From Rubripirellula sp. (GTDB lineage: Bacteria > Planctomycetota > Planctomycetia > Pirellulales > Pirellulaceae), in the NCBI GenBank assembly GCA_965216875.1, contig OZ244207.1, positions 4,416,001 through 4,480,000 of the forward strand: DNA of 64,000 bases, in the 5' to 3' direction. Under the pieces are notes generated by a model. That model searched no databases. It was not told the DNA's origin and saw nothing but the letters and a program-made list of their open reading frames with translations. A program made the translations under genes and the position numbers. This document shows, in pieces, positions 40,561-48,763 of the stretch. The first letter of the stretch is position 1, and every line of letters starts with the position of its first letter.

Positions 40561-40825
40561 CTCGGCGGGAGCCTCGCCCTCCCAAATCCCACAAGAGCGA
40601 TTAACTCGTGAAAAAAATTGCCCGGCCCAGGGAAGAGAGTTGACAGAAAAATGGAGGGCAAAAAAATGGGCGGGGTCTTAAGAGTTCGTTGCAAACAAAC
40701 TCTGTGAACACTGTGCTCTCTGTGGCTTTGTTGCTCGGAGCGTCATGCGATCGATCGGAGGGCAAGGCTCCCGGAAATCGTTGGCAACAGATTGGCCACG
40801 AAAAACACGAGAAGACACAAAAAGG
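40561..40825. repeat. Composite repeat unit B
   Basis: Same modules as unit A plus CCACGAAAAACACGAGAAGACACAAAA. Confidence 0.9.
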
Positions 40826-40835
40826 CTCCGCTTGG

Positions 40836-41267
40836 ATGTCAGAGTTCTTAACAAGTAAAACGATTGGGGCTGGAGGAATCGACTTTAGCTTGCAATTTGA
40901 GTCGATGGGATCGACTGGTTCATACACCCTGATTCGCGATCGCGGGAGTAGACGTATCGTTACACAAATTGACGGGTATGAGCTGGTTGTATCTTCAACC
41001 GAGGAGTTGCTCGATTTGCTTCGAAGGCAATTTGCTGAATTGAACGAGTTTGTCGGTGCGCATCCGGAAGAACTCGCCGAGATGTTCAGCCATTTGCAGT
41101 TTGGTGGTCGGGTCGTGTGTCGCAGCCCTCTGTTTGAAGCCGGCTTTGATTCGATCGATGAATTCCTACCGCAGTGGGAAGCTCCAAAGTTAAAGTGGCA
41201 TGACTTGAATATGGACACACCAGCGATGTCTTACACTCCACGGGAACAGGTCATTGAGACAAAGTGA
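40836..41267 (+). CDS. Hypothetical 143-aa protein embedded in the repeat array
   Basis: ATG about 10 nt after the unit B end; stop codon fused to the next unit. Confidence 0.6.
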   Translation: MSEFLTSKTIGAGGIDFSLQFESMGSTGSYTLIRDRGSRRIVTQIDGYELVVSSTEELLDLLRRQFAELNEFVGAHPEELAEMFSHLQFGGRVVCRSPLFEAGFDSIDEFLPQWEAPKLKWHDLNMDTPAMSYTPREQVIETK

Positions 41268-41812
41268 TGGGCAAAAAAATGGTCGCTGTCTCAAGAGTTC
41301 GTTGCCAACCATCTCTGTGAACGCTGCGTTCTCTATGGCTTTGTTCCTCGGAGAGTGATGCGATCGATGGAGGTCCCGCCGAGCTGTCGGTTTCCGGGGT
41401 TATCTGGATAGTCGATCGGCCACGAAAAACACGAGAATGCACAAAAGACTCAACTCGTGAGAATCGTCTGGGTCAGAAGAAAACAGACAGAAAAATGGAG
41501 AGCAAAAAAATGGGCGGTGCCTCAAGCGTTCGTTGCCAACAATCTCTGTGAACTCTGCGCTCTCTGTGGCTTTGTTCCTCGGAGAGTGATGCGATCGATG
41601 GGGCTCCCGCCGAGCTATCGGTTAAGGCTTCGCGGGAGCGTCGCCCTCCCGGGAATGATTAGTAACAGATTGGCCACAAAAAACACGAGAAGGCACAAAA
41701 AGATTCAACTCGTGAGAATAGCTGGGGCAGAAGAAAGCAGACAGAAAAATGGAGGGCAAAAAGATCTCGCGGTGGATCTTTTTGCCCTCCATTTTTTTTT
41801 GTCTGCTTTCTT
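41268..41812. repeat. Composite repeat units C and D in tandem, closed by a long inverted repeat (41731-41812)
   Basis: GACAGAAAAATGGAG module at 41486 and 41740 (254-bp period); terminal hairpin ...GGAGGGCAAAAAGATC/GATCTTTTTGCCCTCC... Confidence 0.9.
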
Positions 41813-41850
41813 CCTGTCTCTTTTGCGTACGACTTCTAGACGAAAGACGA

Positions 41851-43356
41851 CTAGCCAGCAATGTCGTAGCAGTGGAGTTCGTCTTGGTCTCGCAGGTAGA
41901 GCTTCTTGTTTGAGATCACCGGGTGTGCCCAGCTCTTTCCGTTCCTTGATTTGATCTGGAACGATCCCTTCAAGTTGTAACCCTGTGGTGTCGCCTCGAT
42001 CAGCGCCATGACGGCGTTTTCGTAGCGAAAATAGAGGTGCCCGTCGGCGGCAACGATCGCAGCCGATCCTTCACCTGCACCGCGTGATGGGCCCCACATC
42101 TTGCGGCCTGTTGGAAGATGCAGGCACATCGGGAAGCCGTTGTTGTGGCCGTGCCCCATGTAAAGGTGTTCGCCAATGAGCACCATGCCACCGTGGTGAT
42201 TTTGAACTTCGCTATTTCGTTTGTAATAGACCTCGTTGTAGCGAACGGAATTGCGCCCCGCCGGTGAGAGCTTCAACAGAACGCTGCCGCCGTCGTTGTA
42301 GCCCGACGACCCGAACACATAGTCACCCGAAACGACTGGTGTCGGAACGTTGGCCGTTGTGTTGGCAACTCCTGGGTAGTGCCACAACATCGCGCCGTCG
42401 TTGGCACGGACTCCAATGAGCCCCTTGCCGACGAGTGTCACGTATTGTTTGACACCACCACCGTTGCTGATCACCGGCGAAGCGTAACCTGCCGATCCCT
42501 CTCGCATAGGTGTTCGCCAAATGACGCGTCCCGTTCGTTTGTCGAGCGCTGCCAAAACACCCGAGTCGCTGCCGGGCGTGCAAATCAATCGGTCACCGTC
42601 AACAAGCGGCGACTCACTGTACCCCCACATGCTCATCATGCGTCCGCCAAAATCGGACGCAAAATCGGTGCGCCATACTTCGCTGCCTTTTTCGATATCC
42701 GCGCAAACCAGTGTTCCTTCAAAACTCATCCCAAAGACGAGTCCCGAATCGGGATCAACCGTGGGCGTGCAGTTGGGATCTTTTGTGCCGCCAACATTGA
42801 CTTCCCAGATCACCGAACCATCTTCGGCCGACGCGCAGATCAGCTTGGTCGAATTCCCTTTCTTTCCCATCGTGAAGAGCTTGCCATCGCTGATGACGAT
42901 GGACGAGTATCCTTTGCCGAGGCCTCGCGACGACCAATTCAGTGGCGGACCGCTGCCATCCCACGACTGCAGTAATCCCGTTTCCTGGGAGATTCCATCG
43001 TTGGCAACGCCACGCCATCGCGGCCACTCACCAAGCGAAACCAAAGTCGACCCGCCGTCACTTCGGCTGCCGCGATCACGCGGGGACGCTGTGCTCGAAG
43101 AGCGTTGTTGGCGGCGGTAGCGAGCGATCCAGCTTCGGTCCGGACCGCTCAGTTTCTTGAGCGGCACACTGATTTCTTTGCCATCGGTCTGACGCAACTT
43201 GACCGAATCATCATCAACATCAACAAGCTCGGCCTTGATCTTGTACTTGCCAGTAATGTCGGTCCACGTTCGCTCGTCGGCAGCGTTTGCCGTCGAGACG
43301 AAATAGGCAGCGATTGCAAGTGAGACAAACGAACAAACAAAGAAGATGCGTCTCAT
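41851..43356 (-). CDS. Exported SHD1 + PQQ-binding-like beta-propeller protein
   Basis: RTWTDITGKYKIKAEL...VPLKKLS..D (SHD1), WPRWRG, GYSS, YSESPLV and WAHPVI..KKLYLRD. Confidence 0.9.
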   Translation of the reverse strand: MRRIFFVCSFVSLAIAAYFVSTANAADERTWTDITGKYKIKAELVDVDDDSVKLRQTDGKEISVPLKKLSGPDRSWIARYRRQQRSSSTASPRDRGSRSDGGSTLVSLGEWPRWRGVANDGISQETGLLQSWDGSGPPLNWSSRGLGKGYSSIVISDGKLFTMGKKGNSTKLICASAEDGSVIWEVNVGGTKDPNCTPTVDPDSGLVFGMSFEGTLVCADIEKGSEVWRTDFASDFGGRMMSMWGYSESPLVDGDRLICTPGSDSGVLAALDKRTGRVIWRTPMREGSAGYASPVISNGGGVKQYVTLVGKGLIGVRANDGAMLWHYPGVANTTANVPTPVVSGDYVFGSSGYNDGGSVLLKLSPAGRNSVRYNEVYYKRNSEVQNHHGGMVLIGEHLYMGHGHNNGFPMCLHLPTGRKMWGPSRGAGEGSAAIVAADGHLYFRYENAVMALIEATPQGYNLKGSFQIKSRNGKSWAHPVISNKKLYLRDQDELHCYDIAG

Positions 43357-43572
43357 ATCGAACTCAATTTCACTGAGCATCTCGGTGCGTTGTGACCGAG
43401 GCAGTTGGCAAGCAGGAAGGGGAAAAGAGCTGGAATCCGCGAACCGCCCGGAATTGAGGTTGTCTGATCTCTTGAGAGATTGCGTATTCAATCTGCGAAC
43501 GGGCAGGCAGCATACGAGGACCAGCATTTTATAGAACGCGGCTGCATAACGCGGGCGTGAGAGGGCATTTTC

Positions 43573-44409
43573 ATGAGTCGAAAGAAACGGGCGGCAACCG
43601 CCAAAGAGACACTGGCGATCTGCCAAAGCGGTCTCTACCAAAACGAAAAGGGCAAAAACGTCCGTCTACGACGAGAAATCGAGGCGGCGATCGCGTCCTC
43701 GGTCACTTACGACGAAGATTCACTCGCCTCACGCCCGCCAGCCAGATTCGAATCGACTCGGATCGAAGTCACTGGCGAATCGACCTTTGAAGCCATCGAG
43801 CGGGCGACGCAAGAGTCGAGCGACGAGAAGCATCACGTTGGATGTCTCAATTTCGCCTCGGCAAAAAACCCTGGAGGCGGCTTTCTTGGTGGGTCTCAGG
43901 CCCAGGAGGAAGCTCTGGCCCGAGCCAGCGCGCTGTACCCGTGTCTGCAATCTCAGTTCAGCAACTATTACGAACCGAACCGAGCAGCTCGCAGTTCGTT
44001 GTATCTGGATCGAATCATCGTTTCGATCCGAGTGCCATTCTTCCGAAACGACGATTCGCGACTGATCGAGACGCCCCTTTTGTCGACCGTGGTCACCGCA
44101 CCGGCTCCCAATGCTGGAGCGGTGATCAAGAACCAACCTGAGGATCGAAACAAAATCGCTGGCGTCTTCGCAAAACGCGCCGAAATGGTGCTGCGCGCCG
44201 CAGCATCGCATGAAGTCGACACGCTCGTGCTTGGCGCTTGGGGATGCGGCGTGTTTCGAAACGACCCAAACGAGGTCGCCGGAATCTTCCGCGACTTGAT
44301 CCAAAAAGAGGGTGACTATGCAACCGCATTCGCGCGAGTGATCTTTGCGGTGCACGACCCGGGCGGCAAAGGAGCAAACTACCGAGCGTTCGAAAAAGCG
44401 TTTCCCTAG
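43573..44409 (+). CDS. TIGR02452 family protein (bacterial PARG-like macrodomain)
   Basis: LNFASAKNPGGGFLGGSQAQEE and LVLGAWGCGVFRN. Confidence 0.92.
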   Translation: MSRKKRAATAKETLAICQSGLYQNEKGKNVRLRREIEAAIASSVTYDEDSLASRPPARFESTRIEVTGESTFEAIERATQESSDEKHHVGCLNFASAKNPGGGFLGGSQAQEEALARASALYPCLQSQFSNYYEPNRAARSSLYLDRIIVSIRVPFFRNDDSRLIETPLLSTVVTAPAPNAGAVIKNQPEDRNKIAGVFAKRAEMVLRAAASHEVDTLVLGAWGCGVFRNDPNEVAGIFRDLIQKEGDYATAFARVIFAVHDPGGKGANYRAFEKAFP

Positions 44410-44565
44410 GCTTGTTGTAGCAGTGACACCTACGTGTCTTTGTGTTCGTATCACAAACATAAACTGCGCGAATCAGACAGTGTCCGTGAGGCTTACGCGT
44501 GCCCCTGCTCCCGAGTGCGTCTGCTCCCAGGTATGACGCCGGTAGGGATTCGTTGATGGACCGAA

Positions 44566-46800
44566 TCAGCCGCGGTCCGATTGCTTCTTTGACAGATGCT
44601 CAAAGATAGTGATCGCTTTGGACGCCAACTCATCAGCGCTGTGAGTCTTGTATTTCGGACCGTCTTTGTATTTGCCGGACTTGAAGACTTCGGTCTTGTG
44701 AATCACATCCCAGCCTTCTTGGCATCCCGTCAGCACAACATGGTGTTGCATCGCACCATCAACGATGCGAACCATTTCTGAACGCACTTCCTTTTGCTGG
44801 TGAATGAGTTCACCGCAAGTCCCTCCGACCACAAAGATTGCATCGAAGTCGCTTGGCCGGGCGTTGGCAAGATTGATGTTGCCAAAGGGAGCTCGCAGGT
44901 CGCTCCGGTGTTCTGTCTGGCCGGTTCCGAACCTTGGCGACGCGGTCACAACATCGACATTGCGTGATTGCAAACGTTTCGTCAGTGCAGTGTATTGGTC
45001 ATCAGGAAACCAGTCGCTGCCAACAATAATCAGGGCTCGCCCATCGCCGCCGTTTCGCATCGCGCGGTCGCCACCGACGCGCGGCCCGTAGCGATCCCAG
45101 AGCGGCGCCGCCAGGACAGCCATCACCGCGATTGCCAACAGGGCAATCGCCGTCACACCGTTGCCCTCGAGCATTTTCACACGGCGTTTGCGCCGCGTTT
45201 TTGGTTTTGCCACCGGCGACGCAGGCACATCGAACTCGAGATCCATCGCAGCGGGGACGGCGTTCATTTCGGTCGTCGGTGCATCGGCGTAGGCAACCGG
45301 TGACGTCGCAGGTTGTACCGTCTCCACCGCAGCCGGCTGAACCGCGCTGGCTGGCAGGCCATGAGCCACGGGCTGAGTCGGCGTGATGGGCGCGGCGAGC
45401 GGAGCGGCGGTAGGCGCGGGCTTTTTCGATTCGGATGCCGCCTTCGGGATCTGTCCGTTTTGCAGAAGCCGCAACTCGTCGAGCACTTCCTGCATTGACT
45501 GGTAGCGTTCTTCGGGGCGTTTGGCCAACATCTTGTGAACCACCGCCTCGATGTCGATCGACACGCCGGCGCGTTGCCAAAGCTCGGGCGCCGGTTGTTC
45601 GCGATGAGCAACCAATCGCTGCATCACGGTTTCGCCAGGAAACGGCGCGTGGCCCGTAAGCAAAAAGAAAAGGGTGCAACCAAGACTGTAAATATCGCTT
45701 CGCGCGTCGGCATTGCGACTGTCGAGAGCCTGTTCAGGCGACATGTAGTCGACCGTTCCAATCACGACGCCAGTGTTGGTCATTGCGGCAAGAACGGAAG
45801 CATCAGGGTTATCGGTGATCAGCGAATCAAAGCGTGCAAGACCCAGGTCGAGTACTTTGACCGACAACTTGTTCGTCTTGGCATCGCGTGTGGCGACAAT
45901 GTTGTGTGGTTTGACATCGCGATGAATGACTCCCTGACCATGGGCGTAATGCAAGGCTTGAGCCGTTTGCACGCCCACTTCAAGTGCGTCTTTGGCCGAC
46001 AATGGCTCGCTGGCACGAACGTATTTGGCCAGGTCATCGCCATCGATGAATTCCATCACCAAATAGGGCACACCCTTGGCTTCGTCGGCGTCGTGCGCAA
46101 CAACGATGTTGGGATGACTCAAGGCGGCGAGTGCACGGGCTTCATTTCGAAAACGATCGATGACGGCTTGTGATTGGCGGCCTGCTGAGTTGACGACTTT
46201 CAAGCAGACAATGCGTCCCATCCGCGTGTGTCTCGCCTTGAAGACACTGCCCATGCCACCTTGGCCGAGTCGCTCAAGGATCGCGTAGTTTCCTAGCACC
46301 AATCCTTTCCATCGTCCGCGAAGCAACAACCTCGCTTGGAACGGTGTGAGTTTGCGGTTTTCGATTAACGCGCGAGCGAGCGTACTACTATCACTGTCGC
46401 TGCCCGATTGGTCAAAGCTGTAATCACTCAAGAATTGATTCAGCTCTTCGCCGGGCATCAGACCGCTTCGTCGCAGACCGTCAACGAAGTCGACTGCCGA
46501 AACGGCTTGCGTGGTAGAGCGACTTGAGATCTGCGTGTCGTCGCTGCTTGGCATCTGCTGGGCGCGACGAATCAGTTTCGACAGCCCCGCGTCTTCACTC
46601 GAACCTTCGTCGTTGCCTTGGCGAGCGATCGCAATCACATCGTCATCACGAACGGAGAGTTCATCGACCTTGGCTTGGCATTCAGGACAACTCTCGATGT
46701 GCTTGAACAGCTGTTCTGCCGCGGCCTCCATCAGACTCCCCGTGACCAGCTTGGTAAGCTGCTCAGCGGGCGGGCAGATGTTCAGGGCAGCGTGGTTCAT
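44566..46800 (-). CDS. Ser/Thr protein kinase with an N-terminal HxxxCxxC zinc finger, a TM helix and a C-terminal DJ-1/PfpI-like domain
   Basis: HIESCPEC, GQGGMG, HRDVKPHN, DLGLA, GTVDYMSPEQ and FDAIFVVGG. Confidence 0.92.
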   Translation of the reverse strand: MNHAALNICPPAEQLTKLVTGSLMEAAAEQLFKHIESCPECQAKVDELSVRDDDVIAIARQGNDEGSSEDAGLSKLIRRAQQMPSSDDTQISSRSTTQAVSAVDFVDGLRRSGLMPGEELNQFLSDYSFDQSGSDSDSSTLARALIENRKLTPFQARLLLRGRWKGLVLGNYAILERLGQGGMGSVFKARHTRMGRIVCLKVVNSAGRQSQAVIDRFRNEARALAALSHPNIVVAHDADEAKGVPYLVMEFIDGDDLAKYVRASEPLSAKDALEVGVQTAQALHYAHGQGVIHRDVKPHNIVATRDAKTNKLSVKVLDLGLARFDSLITDNPDASVLAAMTNTGVVIGTVDYMSPEQALDSRNADARSDIYSLGCTLFFLLTGHAPFPGETVMQRLVAHREQPAPELWQRAGVSIDIEAVVHKMLAKRPEERYQSMQEVLDELRLLQNGQIPKAASESKKPAPTAAPLAAPITPTQPVAHGLPASAVQPAAVETVQPATSPVAYADAPTTEMNAVPAAMDLEFDVPASPVAKPKTRRKRRVKMLEGNGVTAIALLAIAVMAVLAAPLWDRYGPRVGGDRAMRNGGDGRALIIVGSDWFPDDQYTALTKRLQSRNVDVVTASPRFGTGQTEHRSDLRAPFGNINLANARPSDFDAIFVVGGTCGELIHQQKEVRSEMVRIVDGAMQHHVVLTGCQEGWDVIHKTEVFKSGKYKDGPKYKTHSADELASKAITIFEHLSKKQSDRG

Positions 46801-46903
46801 CGGAAGAACGAACTGACGTCGTGATGGCGAAAAGAGAAGGGGCGAAACCTCGACGATACCCCCCGGCCGAGTCTTCTGCTACTGGAACGATCGCGGATAA
46901 CGG

Positions 46904-47497
46904 CTAATCGACCAAATCTTCCAGTACCAAACGTAATCTTCGGCGAATTCGGTAGTTTGCTTGGCGAATGACCTGTGGGTCGACCCCCAGCTCTTTGGCG
47001 ACATCGGTCGCGCTCCGTTCCTTCATCGCGACTTCCTGAAAGGCGGCCCAATTTCGGGGGTCAAATTCGGACTGAATCAGCTCCATCGCTCGCGAAACGA
47101 TGAAAGCGTCTTCGTTGGCGGCTTGTGCCTCGTCCTCTTCGCCAAACGGATCGGGCACCTCTGTAATTCGCAATTGAGCGTCCGTCCCGCCGACGCCCGC
47201 CGCTTGGCGGTTGCACCGACGGTGGTGGTCGATCGTCTTGGTGCGAACGATCGTTTTCAACCAACTGCGAAACGACGCGACCTGACGCTGTGGTTTGAAG
47301 GTTCCAAGTTTCTTCGCAACCGTCTGGAATGTGTCCTGAAAGACATCAGCGGTGTCGTCATCGGACAAACCCGCTTGCCGACACCATCGCTGCACCAGCG
47401 GGCCGTAAAGATGCACCAGCTGGTGCCAAGCTTCTTCATCTTCAGCAACCGCTCGTCCGAGCAGGCTCATCGATGTCAGGTCAGAGTTGGCGGACAC
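46904..47497 (-). CDS. ECF sigma factor paired with the Ser/Thr kinase
   Basis: TSMSLL, AWHQLVHLYGPLV, DVFQDTF and SFRSWLKTI; region 4 HTH. Confidence 0.92.
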   Translation of the reverse strand: MSANSDLTSMSLLGRAVAEDEEAWHQLVHLYGPLVQRWCRQAGLSDDDTADVFQDTFQTVAKKLGTFKPQRQVASFRSWLKTIVRTKTIDHHRRCNRQAAGVGGTDAQLRITEVPDPFGEEDEAQAANEDAFIVSRAMELIQSEFDPRNWAAFQEVAMKERSATDVAKELGVDPQVIRQANYRIRRRLRLVLEDLVD

Positions 47498-47638
47498 GCG
47501 GCACCTGTCCCAGCGCTGGAAAGAAACGGATTGGGATTCAACAGACCGGCTCGATTATACACGTGGTCTTGGAAATCTGCCGGGACGAAACATCGGATTG
47601 GCGAATGCCTCTCGTTTCAGGGCGTCAAAACCGACGAC

Positions 47639-48721
47639 CTACGAAATCATTTCCGAAAAATTCTCGTTTGAACGTCGCCGCCAAATAAACCCATCGAGCA
47701 CATAGTGGGTGATTTGAGGCACCGCCAATAGCGGCACAAGCCAAGCCTCGGCCGAAGCCCATTGCCGCGATGATCCAAACAGCCAACCACGCTCATGCCA
47801 AATACCGATATCCCAAAGCATTTCCTCGGCATACGCGAGCACCCAAACCACTCCCAGAAACCAAACCAACCGCGGGACATGACCGCCTGACTTCGTTGGA
47901 CGTGATCGATTGGTGTACCAATAGACGAGCACCATGTAGGGGACACCATGAATGATCACGTTCGTCACCGTAAACGCGTAGTCCGAATTGAAGGTAATGA
48001 TCCCGACGTACCAGCAGATCGCCGTTGTGATCACGACGACGTCTTTTCCAATACTCCATTGCCGATGTTTCACCCCGCGGTAGACCGACCGAATGGCGTA
48101 AGCCGCAAGTGAAAACCAATACAACGGCTCGACGATCGACGCAAACAGAGTTGGCAATCGGGCGAAATCCCCCTGAAGGAACCACCAAAAGTTCCGCGGC
48201 AAGTGACAATGCCAATAGATCAATGGATAGATCGTTGCCAGGTAAATGGCCGCAGAGTCAATCCACCAACCCAATCGATCACGTTCGCCACCACGCGAAC
48301 GATAGAGTGCGACCCAACCGTATTGCTGACGCACAAAATGGAAGACGGCAAGGTACGCCAACAATCGCCAAAAGAGCGAATGGCTTTCGCTATAGAGCGC
48401 AACCCCCACCAAGAACGCCAACACCGGCGTCAGTCCGTAAAGCCAAGGGCGTTTCTTGAGTTCAATGCGATCAAAGTAAACTCGAAAGCCCGTCGAATAG
48501 ACGTGCGCCACATCGATCAACAGAATCGCCGCAACCCAAGTCCACTCAGGCGAATCGCTTTCAAGCAGCCCCAAAGGCGCTCCGATGGCGAGAAGTCCAA
48601 GTGCAACGAGCGCACTGCCGCCAAACGTGCAAAGGTCCACCGTCGGTGAAAACAGCCATGGCGACCGTATCTTGTCCGTCCCGTTTGCGGGGCTGTTCGA
48701 TTCGAGGGAGGAGGCAGACAA
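47639..48721 (-). CDS. Polytopic membrane protein with His motifs (putative membrane metalloenzyme)
   Basis: About 8-9 hydrophobic segments; DVAH, HFVRQQYG, HGVPY and HYVLDGFIW. Confidence 0.75.
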   Translation of the reverse strand: MSASSLESNSPANGTDKIRSPWLFSPTVDLCTFGGSALVALGLLAIGAPLGLLESDSPEWTWVAAILLIDVAHVYSTGFRVYFDRIELKKRPWLYGLTPVLAFLVGVALYSESHSLFWRLLAYLAVFHFVRQQYGWVALYRSRGGERDRLGWWIDSAAIYLATIYPLIYWHCHLPRNFWWFLQGDFARLPTLFASIVEPLYWFSLAAYAIRSVYRGVKHRQWSIGKDVVVITTAICWYVGIITFNSDYAFTVTNVIIHGVPYMVLVYWYTNRSRPTKSGGHVPRLVWFLGVVWVLAYAEEMLWDIGIWHERGWLFGSSRQWASAEAWLVPLLAVPQITHYVLDGFIWRRRSNENFSEMIS

Positions 48722-48763
48722 AAAGTAATCCCGGGTCAGCTATCGATTCGAACGAGACCAAAC

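Noticed and set aside
40689..40835. Lipoprotein-like N-terminal extension (…LLLGASC) of the 40836 ORF
   Set aside because: This segment is translated repeat unit B (modules M3-M4), so it is probably fortuitous, though recruitment cannot be excluded.
38697..41812. CRISPR array or classical integron
   Set aside because: Units are ~250 bp degenerate mosaics rather than short identical repeats with unique spacers. I recognised no cas or intI gene and no attC R-box pattern.
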